NCBI GenBank assembly: GCA_030608565.1
Contig: JAUWDY010000001.1
Coordinates: 104,238-168,237 of the forward strand
DNA length: 64,000 nucleotides
Source of the DNA: Candidatus Bathyarchaeota archaeon
Lineage (GTDB): Archaea > Thermoproteota > Bathyarchaeia > Bathyarchaeales > Bathyarchaeaceae
Reading direction: 5' to 3'
The notes below the pieces were generated by a model. It saw only the letters and a list, made by a program, of their open reading frames with translations. It did no database searches and was not told the DNA's origin. A program made the translations under genes and the position numbers. Shown here piece by piece: positions 9,208 through 18,361 of this stretch; the first letter of the stretch is position 1, and every line of letters starts with the position of its first letter.

Positions 9208-9289
9208 AGTGAGCCTACAGACTAGTTATGTATTAAAATGTTGTTGAGTTGTTGCCACACGAGATTACAAGAAAGAAGAGGCTTGGATA

Positions 9290-10735
9290 TTAGAGGAAGC
9301 TGAGAGACCGTGCTTCCTTAAGGTAACTCTCTGCATCAAGTTTCCACGCTTTAACGTCAAATTCTCCTCTCGTCTCAGCGAGACCCTTCACAAAATTTCC
9401 AGCGTCCGAATCTTTCCACCAAACTTCACCGTAGTCCTGCCTTAATCTTTCTCTGACTGCTGCAACTCTAATGGACGCAATCACGTAGCTTGGCGAATAC
9501 ATATCGTAGCTAGGCATTACATGATGAAGCAACCAATAGTTTCCGGGAACCTCTATGAAAAACCGCTTGGTAAGTTCTTGCCACCGTTTTGCAGCTTCTT
9601 CGATGCTGTACCCCTTCTTCCAGAACTCCATCTTCATGATGCCGTTCGCCGCGTAAAATGTTAGGAACGCCAACTCCATGAATCTTCTACGATCAATGAT
9701 TTCATTGATGACTCTGTCCGATAGTTTTAGTTCTTGCTTGAGAAAGAGTGGGGTGTCAAGCATGCTTTCAATAAGGATGCTAAAGGTTTCAGCCACACTC
9801 CTGGGGACAACATAACGTTTCCATACAGGATCATCTGGATTAGCACATATGCCATGGATACCATGCCCGAACTCATGGAAGACGCTTCCAAAATCTGCGA
9901 AGGGTGATACTTTGCGGAAGCAGACTCGAACGTCGTTGGGAATCTGGATTCCATAGCAGAAAGCACTGGGGCTCTTCTTCTCGCGATCTTCAGCATCTAC
10001 CATGATTTTGGAAGGGTTAAATCCGAAGGTTACAAGAAACCTCTTGACCTCATCTAAGGCGTCTATCTTCTCAAAATACTTATTCAACGGCTCGTATATG
10101 TGACCTCGCCAAGTATAATAATCATCATAATATTCCATTTTCTTCTTGCCCAAAACCTCGGGTGCAAAATGTGCAGCCGCAGCCAGAAAAGTATCCTTGG
10201 CTCCATCCCCTAACCTAATGAGCAGATCCCGCAACTCATCGTATCTTATGCCTTCAAACTCCAAATAACTGTCCAGAGGAGTAAGATCATACTTCTCATA
10301 CACATCCTCTGAGATGCCCATCCGCTTCTCGACGAGAAAGGCTATGTCAGGAGCCTTCGCTATGAAATCGTCGAACACCTCCTTCCGCTTCATGTAATCA
10401 TCCGTCCCAGAGTTGAATTGACGCCAGTTCCCCCAATTCACCCTGCGACCTGCGATTCTATATTTCTCGGTAGATATCTTCTCCATCCGTTGATCATGGA
10501 GATCGAGTTCCGTCTCCAGTTTCTCAGCATCCGCAACAGTTGCTATTGAGGTCAAGTACATACTTCGAGGTTCCACAAAATTCCCAAGAAACTCGAGGCT
10601 AACCTCTATGAGCTGGTCCGAAAGCTTCTTCATCATACCCCTGTCGTAGGACAGCCCGGCCATTTGGTTGTAGCGTTGCTCAGAAAATTGAACCGTCAGC
10701 TTCTCATACCTTGATGCGATTTTCTCGAGCGACAA
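9290..10735 (-). CDS. M3-family oligoendopeptidase-like metallopeptidase
   Basis: FGSVFHEFGHGIHG zinc motif. Confidence 0.8.
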   Translation of the reverse strand: MSLEKIASRYEKLTVQFSEQRYNQMAGLSYDRGMMKKLSDQLIEVSLEFLGNFVEPRSMYLTSIATVADAEKLETELDLHDQRMEKISTEKYRIAGRRVNWGNWRQFNSGTDDYMKRKEVFDDFIAKAPDIAFLVEKRMGISEDVYEKYDLTPLDSYLEFEGIRYDELRDLLIRLGDGAKDTFLAAAAHFAPEVLGKKKMEYYDDYYTWRGHIYEPLNKYFEKIDALDEVKRFLVTFGFNPSKIMVDAEDREKKSPSAFCYGIQIPNDVRVCFRKVSPFADFGSVFHEFGHGIHGICANPDDPVWKRYVVPRSVAETFSILIESMLDTPLFLKQELKLSDRVINEIIDRRRFMELAFLTFYAANGIMKMEFWKKGYSIEEAAKRWQELTKRFFIEVPGNYWLLHHVMPSYDMYSPSYVIASIRVAAVRERLRQDYGEVWWKDSDAGNFVKGLAETRGEFDVKAWKLDAESYLKEARSLSFL

Positions 10736-10864
10736 AATTCTTCTTCTCCAAATACTAGGTTATAGATTAACGAGTTTACGTTCTCTCACAAATATTACAA
10801 TTTTGGTTGACAACTCATCCGAATCTAAATCGACAATATGATAAGCATCCGCATGGTCTAAAGC

Positions 10865-11575
10865 GTGGGCCCTATAGACTTTAAAGTTGAGGTTTCGCTT
10901 GTAATTGCAGGGTGTGGAATGACTGAAAGCCCCTCAATTGAGATTGTTGATGTAACCGAAGATCCCAAGTATGAGCGATTCCACTACTGGTGTATTTTTC
11001 ATACTAAGAAAGATTTTCCTGGAAGCTCCATTTACGAGAAGTATAGACATCGCCGTGAATATTTGGAGTCTGCGATTCCTAAGGGTTTTCGCAAGAAAGT
11101 TTTGTTCTACAAGGGTGACCATGCCGGTATGATCGAGTACGCGCCTGCAGAGGCTTCAGGCCTTCCTATTATGGGTGAGAATATTGTTGTGATGAATTGC
11201 ATTTGGGTTCACAAACGGGCTGCAGGACACCACTTTGGCAAACAATTAGTCGCACACATGATGGAGGATAAGAAAGGGGCAGCTGGGTTCGCCACCTTGG
11301 GTTGCGAGGAGTTTCATAGGGTGTATGTGAGAAAAGATGATATGGAGAGGCTTGGATTCGAATCCGTGGAGTCAATTAAGGTAAAACACAAGGGTATACG
11401 CAAGGGAGGATGCTTCACGACACACCTTATGTGGATGCCAGCAGCCAAGAATGCAAAACCGCCCTCATGGGATGAATCCAAGCTTCTTGAAGGTTTGTTC
11501 TTTTGTGAACATCACCCGCTCTATCATGGAAAACATAGGTGTGAAGAACTGAAGTATATCCTCGAAAAGTGCTGA
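10865..11575 (+). CDS. GNAT-like N-acetyltransferase
   Basis: NCIWVHKRAAGHHFGKQLVAHMMEDKKGAAG acetyl-CoA motif; true start is probably the internal MTESPS. Confidence 0.65.
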   Translation: MGPIDFKVEVSLVIAGCGMTESPSIEIVDVTEDPKYERFHYWCIFHTKKDFPGSSIYEKYRHRREYLESAIPKGFRKKVLFYKGDHAGMIEYAPAEASGLPIMGENIVVMNCIWVHKRAAGHHFGKQLVAHMMEDKKGAAGFATLGCEEFHRVYVRKDDMERLGFESVESIKVKHKGIRKGGCFTTHLMWMPAAKNAKPPSWDESKLLEGLFFCEHHPLYHGKHRCEELKYILEKC

Positions 11576-11620
11576 CAAATTTCTCGTTTGCCACGCATTT
11601 GCACACACTCCCCAGAACAG

Positions 11621-11690
11621 GTAGGCTGGGAGAGATCTGAACAATCACCACGGTAGAGATATCCCACGAACTCCCTTTTCTTCTTAAATT
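11621..11690. repeat. Imperfect direct repeat copy X
   Basis: GAGATCTGAACAATCACCACGGTAGAGATATCC; matches copy Y. Confidence 0.6.
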
Positions 11691-11713
11691 TTTTTGAACT
11701 GTTTGCTCATTGG

Positions 11714-12223
11714 CTACCATTGTTGACGGCGCACTCGCTGCTCGTCGTACTGTGTACGTGGTTCTTTTTCTTCCGCTGGATGACCAATAGAGATCAGGTT
11801 AAGAGGAACAATAGTCTCCGGAATGTTCAACACTTTCCTTATAGGACCGACGCGTTCTCCCCTGGGATAAACACCAAGCCAAACTGCGCCGAGTCCCAAC
11901 GCAGCTGCAGCTAAGAGAAGGTTCTCTGTAGCCGCAGAGCAATCCTGTACCCAATAGCGTGCTGAAATGGTCGTGTCGCCGCATACGACTATGCAGAGGG
12001 GCGCTTTGGACAGCATTTTGCCATAAGGATGAACCCTAGCCAGATTGTCTAGAAACTGTCGGTCGGTTACTACGATGAAGTGCCAAGGCTTGCGGTTTGA
12101 AGCCGAAGGAGCTGCCATAGCAGCCTCTAGCATTGTCTTGATGGCTTTTTCGCTGATCACTTCTGCAGTATATTCGCGTATGCTACGCCGAGCGAAGATC
12201 GTTTTGATCAATTCTTTTGTCAT
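11714..12223 (-). CDS. Nitroreductase family protein
   Basis: FARRSIREYTAEVISEKAI, AAMAAPSASNRKPWHFIVV, GLGAVWLGVYP. Confidence 0.88.
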   Translation of the reverse strand: MTKELIKTIFARRSIREYTAEVISEKAIKTMLEAAMAAPSASNRKPWHFIVVTDRQFLDNLARVHPYGKMLSKAPLCIVVCGDTTISARYWVQDCSAATENLLLAAAALGLGAVWLGVYPRGERVGPIRKVLNIPETIVPLNLISIGHPAEEKEPRTQYDEQRVRRQQW

Positions 12224-12270
12224 CGATCACTCCTCAAAGACTATACGCATTGCTCACAGCAAGAAAAAGA

Positions 12271-12334
12271 TAGCGGTGGGTGGGATTTGAACCCCACCAC
12301 AGTGGAGATATCCCCAGCAATTCCTCTCTTTTTT
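12271..12334. repeat. Imperfect direct repeat copy Y, with tRNA T-arm-like GTTCAAATCCC on - strand
   Basis: GGGATTTGAACCCCACCACAGTGGAGATATCC; matches copy X. Confidence 0.6.
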
Positions 12335-12384
12335 TCCCAGTGTTGACCTTTGCCAACAGACAATTGTTAATCTGAATTGTGTTC

Positions 12385-12660
12385 TCATCCTGTTAGACTT
12401 ATGAGCGCAATCAGGCCAAACGCTGTAATGATTATGCCTGAAACCCTGTTTATCCACTTCAGCTTCTCACCGCTGAATTCTGCACGAAATACGTTGGCAA
12501 CACCGCTCAAAACAAATCACCACAAGGCTGAGCCAGTAAATACACCTAAAACCAACAGTGCCACAGAGACAGAACTCACACTCCCGCCTCCAACCCCTCA
12601 ATCCGGCAAATATCGTCGCAAAAGAAAGAGTTGTAGAATTTTCTCATACAAACCTCATCT
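12385..12660 (-). pseudogene. LysE/RhtB-family transporter C-terminal remnant
   Basis: Minus frame reads VSSVSVALLVLGVFTGSALW*FVLSGVANVFRAEFSGEKLKWINRVSGIIITAFGLIALISLTG*; TGA at 12519-12517 interrupts the frame. Confidence 0.7.
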
Positions 12661-12672
12661 ACAGTGATATCT

Positions 12673-13287
12673 TTAGCTTAGAATTTGAGGTATGGCTTCA
12701 GTGATACCGCTTATCACAAATTGCACTGCAATAGCTAAGACGAGTATGGCCATGAGTTTCGTAACCACGCGAAGTCCCTCGCTGCCTATAAATTCACTTA
12801 TCTTAGAAGCGTATCTCATCCCCACGTATGACACAGCTATTCCTACCGCAATTGCTACAAGAACGAGAGAACCCTGTAGCAGACCATCCGCTTCAGAGGC
12901 GAGAAGAATAACTGTAGTGATTGTGCCCGGGCCTGCAGTGAGAGGAAACGCAAGTGGAACTATGGCGATGTCCTCAAGTTCCTCTTGAGAGTATTCGCCT
13001 TTTCTAGGATTAAGCATTCTGAAAGCAACTGTGACTAGTAAAATGCCTCCCGCTATTCTGAAGGAGGCGATCGTAATGTTAAATATTGAAAAGAGAAACT
13101 GGCCTGTCAAGGCGAAGAACAATAAAACTACAAATGATATCTGCATAGACTTTGCAATAATTCGGCGACGTTGACTCTCCTTCATATCTTTCGTCAAGGT
13201 GAGATAGATCGCAATAGTGCTAGGGGGTTCTAACACAGCGATAATAGAAGTAACTGCTAGCACTATAAACTCGGGTATTCCAATCAT
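12673..13287 (-). CDS. MarC family (UPF0056) integral membrane protein
   Basis: ALTGQFLFSIFNITIASFRIAGGILL, PLAFPLTAGPGTITTVILL. Confidence 0.85.
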   Translation of the reverse strand: MIGIPEFIVLAVTSIIAVLEPPSTIAIYLTLTKDMKESQRRRIIAKSMQISFVVLLFFALTGQFLFSIFNITIASFRIAGGILLVTVAFRMLNPRKGEYSQEELEDIAIVPLAFPLTAGPGTITTVILLASEADGLLQGSLVLVAIAVGIAVSYVGMRYASKISEFIGSEGLRVVTKLMAILVLAIAVQFVISGITEAIPQILS

Positions 13288-13839
13288 GACGATTCACTTA
13301 ACGTTTGACGGCCTCTAAGATACATCAATCGTTGCATTCTCTTAAAAACCGATTGATAAACTTATCTTCTGCAAGAATTTGCCGGATTAGAATCCGACCT
13401 ATCATGCCGTCAGGCTAGTTACAGAAAAATTACAAAAAATCTTTGCGCGGGGTTATATTAATGTCATCGCTGAGAGAGGAAGGAGGGAAGAACCTCTCTA
13501 CAGCTCTAAACGCTTTCTCCATTCTCTTTCAGTACCTAGGAAGCTAAAGAGTTGATTAAAAGGTAAACTTTACACGATTGACAGTTTTCATAATTCTTTT
13601 CATTACAGTTTTTACATAACAATTTGTTGAGTTCCTTAACCTCTGAATTCATTATTGTGATCCTCATCTCTAGTCTTATCTGAAGCCTTAATATACCATT
13701 TATTTCTTAAAACGACATATTCCCAACACGAAATTCTAAAAGCTCACACCATTAATTGTCATCTCTCCAGCAAACCTTCGCCTCAAAGCTTCACACGGTT
13801 GAAAGATTGGTTTATCGTGTTATCTTGTATTTTTGTTGA

Positions 13840-13873
13840 ACAGTTAAACTGTTTTAGTGTTGAACAATTCAAC
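13840..13873. promoter_or_regulatory. Paired palindromic operator-like sites
   Basis: ACAGTT-A-AACTGT (13840-13852) and GTTGAA-CAA-TTCAAC (13859-13873) just upstream of an AT-rich TATA-like region and the 13937 gene. Confidence 0.45.
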
Positions 13874-13936
13874 AGAAATATTTATTAAATCTTAATACTT
13901 AATATATATTGACGAACAATACTGGAAGACAAGAAT

Positions 13937-14287
13937 ATGCATAATCCAAGGAGCCTCGTGTGCCCCTACAACAACTGTGCAAAAAAGTTTGACAAACTCA
14001 TTATGCTAACTGATGCAACAAGAATACCTCGAGGCACCTACTATGCTTGTCCCCACTGCAAGTCCCCAGTTGACATAGTCGTCGAAAACCAAAACTTACT
14101 TTCCATCAAACCCCACGGAAACGGAAAAGAAGCACCCCCAATGGGATGCCCATTTCACTTTGGATATCTAGCAGAGCTGAAACAAATATCCAAAGATTTT
14201 CCGACGCCGAAGAACTGCTTGGCATGCCGACAAATCACGGAATGCCTCCTCAACAATCTCGGACTCACAACTAAGCCGACAAAATAA
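13937..14287 (+). CDS. Small cysteine-rich (zinc-ribbon-like) protein
   Basis: CPYNNC...CPHCKSPVDIV...CPFHFG...CLACRQITEC. Confidence 0.55.
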   Translation: MHNPRSLVCPYNNCAKKFDKLIMLTDATRIPRGTYYACPHCKSPVDIVVENQNLLSIKPHGNGKEAPPMGCPFHFGYLAELKQISKDFPTPKNCLACRQITECLLNNLGLTTKPTK

Positions 14288-14353
14288 TGTTCAATCCTTG
14301 AAACAGTTCACTAGGCTTTACGTTCCAATTGCGAGCATACTATGTTTTCTTTG

Positions 14354-15142
14354 TTAACACTTTACTTTTTCTTTAGCAATCACTTTCCGGAACGATTTAC
14401 CACATTCGGAGCATCGATAATAGCCTATAGTTAGCCTCAGCCTCTCTCCCGTTCTGCTCGGCCTACCAGCCATACTCCAAATCTTCTTCGGTCTCGTCTC
14501 AGTCCTGCATTGAGGACAGCTAACTAGAACAGCGGCTTCTGGATGGCTTACTATATCTATGAGCCGTCTCCTAAGATCTTCACCAGACTCCTTAACAGTC
14601 TCAACGGAATCAGCTAATGAAACAGCTCCAAGAGCGTCTCGAATCCACCTTGCGAAATCTCCTCTGTTTTGATGAAACTCTATAGAAGTCGCTGGTATCT
14701 CTGTGACCTTTTCTAGAAAGTCTTTCAAACTTACCGCAACCTGATGTAATGGCTGGTCCAAGTCTTCGTAGAAGTGAAAGCCTTTTTCAACCCCAACTTC
14801 TTTTTCGGCTACTATCAGGTATTCCCCCTTAACAATGTTGCATTTCGGAAGCTTGCCATATTTCTTCTTATACTCCTCTAAAATTTCCTTCTTTCGTTCT
14901 TTAGTGTTAGAAGTAAACTCTCTCTTATAATATTTCGTAGCAACTTTGCGCGGATCCTTCGAAAAGTGTGTCTCTGAATACTCTGCAAATTTTTGCTTAA
15001 GGTTTGAACTTTCTCCAACGAATATCAATCGATAGTTCTCATCGTAAAGTTCATACACAGCGGCTTTGGACGGAACATTTCTTGCTTTCTCACCCCAAAA
15101 ATAAAAACTGCCTGAGATTGGCATTTTCTTCACCTTGCACAA
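14354..15142 (-). CDS. Multidomain archaeal protein: N-terminal GIY-YIG-like segment, middle domain, C-terminal zinc ribbon
   Basis: AAVYELYDENYRLIFVGESSNLKQKFAEY; C-terminal CPQCRTETRPKK...YYRCSECGKSFRK. Confidence 0.6.
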   Translation of the reverse strand: MCKVKKMPISGSFYFWGEKARNVPSKAAVYELYDENYRLIFVGESSNLKQKFAEYSETHFSKDPRKVATKYYKREFTSNTKERKKEILEEYKKKYGKLPKCNIVKGEYLIVAEKEVGVEKGFHFYEDLDQPLHQVAVSLKDFLEKVTEIPATSIEFHQNRGDFARWIRDALGAVSLADSVETVKESGEDLRRRLIDIVSHPEAAVLVSCPQCRTETRPKKIWSMAGRPSRTGERLRLTIGYYRCSECGKSFRKVIAKEKVKC

Positions 15143-15231
15143 ATTACTACGTTAGTCTATTAATAAGTCATTCATCAATTTTTCTCTTGCCAAGAAAAAA
15201 ATAAGTTAAGTTTCTTCTGAAGACAGTTGTT

Positions 15232-15642
15232 CTATTGGCGTACAGTGGATATTTGTACGTAAAATAGCAATTTTTCTCCACAGTAAGGACATAACTTGAA
15301 ATCCGGCAATACATCTTTCCCACACGAAGGACATTTCCTAGGGGTTTCCAAGTCTGTTTCCATTTTTCCGAGTTTCGCCCCCAACATCATCAGTTCAGCT
15401 TTTACGGCGTTTATGCTGTCTCTGACGTTTTCCGTGCTCTCTTTGACCTTATTAAGAAGTATACTATTAGATGCCACAGAATCATTAATCATTTCAAAAA
15501 CGTTTATACCAGATTCCAAATGAAGATCAACTGGATTCTCTTCTGATTTAGCGTCTGAAATTACTCTATTAATGAAAGCCGCAATCGGATCGTGAAACGC
15601 AATAACGCAACTCATACCGAAAAGAACGAATGTAAAAATCAT
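15232..15642 (-). CDS. Membrane-anchored zinc-ribbon protein
   Basis: N-terminal TM helix; CPSCGKDVLPDFKLCPYCGEKL. Confidence 0.6.
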   Translation of the reverse strand: MIFTFVLFGMSCVIAFHDPIAAFINRVISDAKSEENPVDLHLESGINVFEMINDSVASNSILLNKVKESTENVRDSINAVKAELMMLGAKLGKMETDLETPRKCPSCGKDVLPDFKLCPYCGEKLLFYVQISTVRQ

Positions 15643-15854
15643 GGATGCCCAAAATACGATGCAGCACCTATTTCCCCAAACATATTATAAATCAATCCAT
15701 AAAATGGATTAAGTTTCAGCAGTGAATTTGTGCCTCCAAGCGTGAAAGAAAGAACAGCATCAAAAGTATGCAAAACTCCTAGAAAGGTTAAGAACCCAAA
15801 TATCCATACACATATTCCTTTCTTAACTGGCAATTCGAAACTTTCAGAATTCAC
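15639..15854 (-). CDS. Small membrane protein (DUF5658-like)
   Basis: Hydrophobic 71-aa ORF overlapping the next gene by 4 nt. Confidence 0.4.
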   Translation of the reverse strand: MNSESFELPVKKGICVWIFGFLTFLGVLHTFDAVLSFTLGGTNSLLKLNPFYGLIYNMFGEIGAASYFGHP

Positions 15855-16048
15855 TACATTTTTTCTATAAAGTTCTTCTATAAGACATATATTTCCAAAA
15901 TCGATATATTACCAAAAAAGAGCACTATGCTTATCACATTTTTTCTTCCGTAAGAGTCTACTATTCGAACCCTACTCGATGAACTACAATGCTTTTATAT
16001 CATCTTCCACAAAAAGTCAGTCCGTGATTATCTAAGACTTCCGATTAG

Positions 16049-16600
16049 GTGTTAGAAATGAGTGAGATTGTAGATCAAGACCGCAAGATGTTGGACAATA
16101 TGCCAAAAGACAAGCTGCTTGATTTATTCTTCCTGCACATCAGAAATCTATGGAGAGTAGACGGCCTATACTTCCTTGGAATAGAAGAGAAATTCGGCAC
16201 CGATGCCGCTACGGAGATAGATGCAAATTGTTGGCGACTGATGGGAAAACTAGAAGCTAGAGCGCTTAAAAAGACGTTAGGAATGAAAGGAAACGACATT
16301 GCTTCCATGATACATGCGTTAAAGAACACAAGCTGGGCGCTGGACCAGCGAGACAAAGAAACTGAGGTATCAGAGACTAGAGGCATTTACAGAGTAAATA
16401 AATGCAGAACACAGCTGACAAGAATCCGCAAGGGACTTGGAGAGTTTCCCTGCAAAAAAGTTAGATTCGGCTATCTGAAAAGCTTCGCTGAAGAAATGAA
16501 CCCAAACATAGAAGTGAACTGCAAGATCTGCCCACCAGGTGAACACCCTCAAAACATTTGGTGCGAATGGGAGTTCAAGTTGAAAGAGGATAAGACATGA
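16049..16600 (+). CDS. Conserved hypothetical protein (DUF6125-like)
   Basis: HIRNLWRVDGLYFLGIEEKFGTDAATEID.. and C-terminal cysteine-containing region. Confidence 0.55.
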   Translation: MLEMSEIVDQDRKMLDNMPKDKLLDLFFLHIRNLWRVDGLYFLGIEEKFGTDAATEIDANCWRLMGKLEARALKKTLGMKGNDIASMIHALKNTSWALDQRDKETEVSETRGIYRVNKCRTQLTRIRKGLGEFPCKKVRFGYLKSFAEEMNPNIEVNCKICPPGEHPQNIWCEWEFKLKEDKT

Positions 16601-16612
16601 AAAATGCCCATA

Positions 16613-18361
16613 CTATTCGTTTTTCATTTTCTCCCTAAGTATTTTGGTGGCTTCCCAATCGATTTTCATTGTCTTCAACTCGATAATGACCCCGTAATCA
16701 TTTCGAACAGAATCCAGTGAAACTAAGTCGTTGATGACATCCCTAAGGACCAACTCTGGTTTTCGCTCCAGTGGATCACCGTAGCCTCCTCCACCCGGTG
16801 TCCTGACGACGAATGTATCGCCCTGGCTCATTTTTACCGTGCATTTCGACTTCAACTTAGCCTTTCTGCCGTCCCGTTTTAATATTAGATATTCGCCTTT
16901 GGCTCCAGGCTTACCTCCATATAATCCCCATGGAGGAAACTTGTTTCTTTCAGCCAAGACAGAGAGAGTAGCAGAAGGGGCAAGTAGCATCCAACTTCGT
17001 TCCACGCCTACACCACCTCTCCACTTGCCGGGCCCGCCACAATCTCTCCTCAACTCGTACTTGAGAAATCTTATCGGGTAAATCCCCTCAATCGCTTCAA
17101 TAGGCGTGTTCATCGTGTTCGTCATATGCGTATGTATCGCGTCTATACCATCTGATCCCTGTCTGCCGCCAAAACCGCCTGCAATCGTTTCATAAAACGA
17201 CCAAGGCTTACCAGTCTTAGGATTAACTCCTCCCACAGACACGTTGTTCATGGTTCCCTGGCACGCCGCACAAACTCTCTTCGGAACGATCTGTGCAAAC
17301 GCCTTTAACAAAACATCCACATTTCTTTGAGAGGTCTCCACGTTTCCCCCGGCTACCGGAGCTGGCGAGACAGGGTTCAGGATTGTTCCTTTTGGTGCAT
17401 AAACCTCAACTGGTCTATAACAGCCGTCATTTGTAGGTATCGTGGGGTCGGTGACGCATTTTAGAGTGTAGTAGACGCCGGAAAGCGTGACTCCCCATAC
17501 AGCATTGATTGGCCCGTCAACTTGGCTGTCCGTGCCTGTGTAGTCAATTTTCAAGTTACTTCCTCGGACGGTTACAGCGACTTTTATTTTAACGGCTTCA
17601 TCACTAACCCCCGTATCCTCCAAACAGTCTTCGGCCTCGTACTGTCCCTCAAGCATCTTATCTATCTCAGCCCTCATCATTTTCTCCGAATAATCCAAGA
17701 CTGCTTCGATGGCTTCGTGGAGTACATTGACACCATATCTTTTCGCGATTTCAACAACCTTGCGTTCGCCGAGAATGTTGGCCGCCATCTGAGCTCTTAA
17801 ATCACCCATCATAACATCGGGGGTTCGAACATTACTCAAGATAAAACCTGCAAGGTCTCCATCGATTTTCCCTTTTGCTACGAACTTAACAGGAGGTATG
17901 ATAATGCCCTCTTGATACAGTTCAGTGGCGTCGCCAGCCATGCTTCCGGGAGCTTTGCCACCGACATCAGAATGGTGTGCCTTGTTCGCTACGTAGCCAA
18001 TTATCTCGTCATCAAGGAAGATAGGGCTAATCAGCGTGATATCTGGTAAGTGGGTGCCACTGATGTAAGGGTCATTAAATAGTATCATGTCACCTTCTTC
18101 AAGTTCTCCCTTGAAGTACCCTAGTCCTTCTTGAACTGCCCAAGCCATAGATCCAAGGTGAACTGGGATGTGCTCAGCTTGGGCTGCCAGCCTCTTTTTA
18201 TGGTCGAAGATGGTGCATGAACAGTCCATTCTTTCTTTGATATTGGGAGAATAGGCTGAGTTTCTTAGCGTGATTCCCATTTCCTCAGCTGCGTATGTCA
18301 AAGCACCTTTAATCACTTCAACGGTTACAGGGTCAACTTTCAACCTGTTTTCCTCCTGCAA
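16613..18361 (-). CDS. hyuB: Hydantoinase B/oxoprolinase family protein
   Basis: GDMILFNDPYISGTHLPDI, SDVGGKAPGSM, GGFGGRQGSDGID, GGPGKWRGGVG. Confidence 0.9.
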   Translation of the reverse strand: MQEENRLKVDPVTVEVIKGALTYAAEEMGITLRNSAYSPNIKERMDCSCTIFDHKKRLAAQAEHIPVHLGSMAWAVQEGLGYFKGELEEGDMILFNDPYISGTHLPDITLISPIFLDDEIIGYVANKAHHSDVGGKAPGSMAGDATELYQEGIIIPPVKFVAKGKIDGDLAGFILSNVRTPDVMMGDLRAQMAANILGERKVVEIAKRYGVNVLHEAIEAVLDYSEKMMRAEIDKMLEGQYEAEDCLEDTGVSDEAVKIKVAVTVRGSNLKIDYTGTDSQVDGPINAVWGVTLSGVYYTLKCVTDPTIPTNDGCYRPVEVYAPKGTILNPVSPAPVAGGNVETSQRNVDVLLKAFAQIVPKRVCAACQGTMNNVSVGGVNPKTGKPWSFYETIAGGFGGRQGSDGIDAIHTHMTNTMNTPIEAIEGIYPIRFLKYELRRDCGGPGKWRGGVGVERSWMLLAPSATLSVLAERNKFPPWGLYGGKPGAKGEYLILKRDGRKAKLKSKCTVKMSQGDTFVVRTPGGGGYGDPLERKPELVLRDVINDLVSLDSVRNDYGVIIELKTMKIDWEATKILREKMKNE

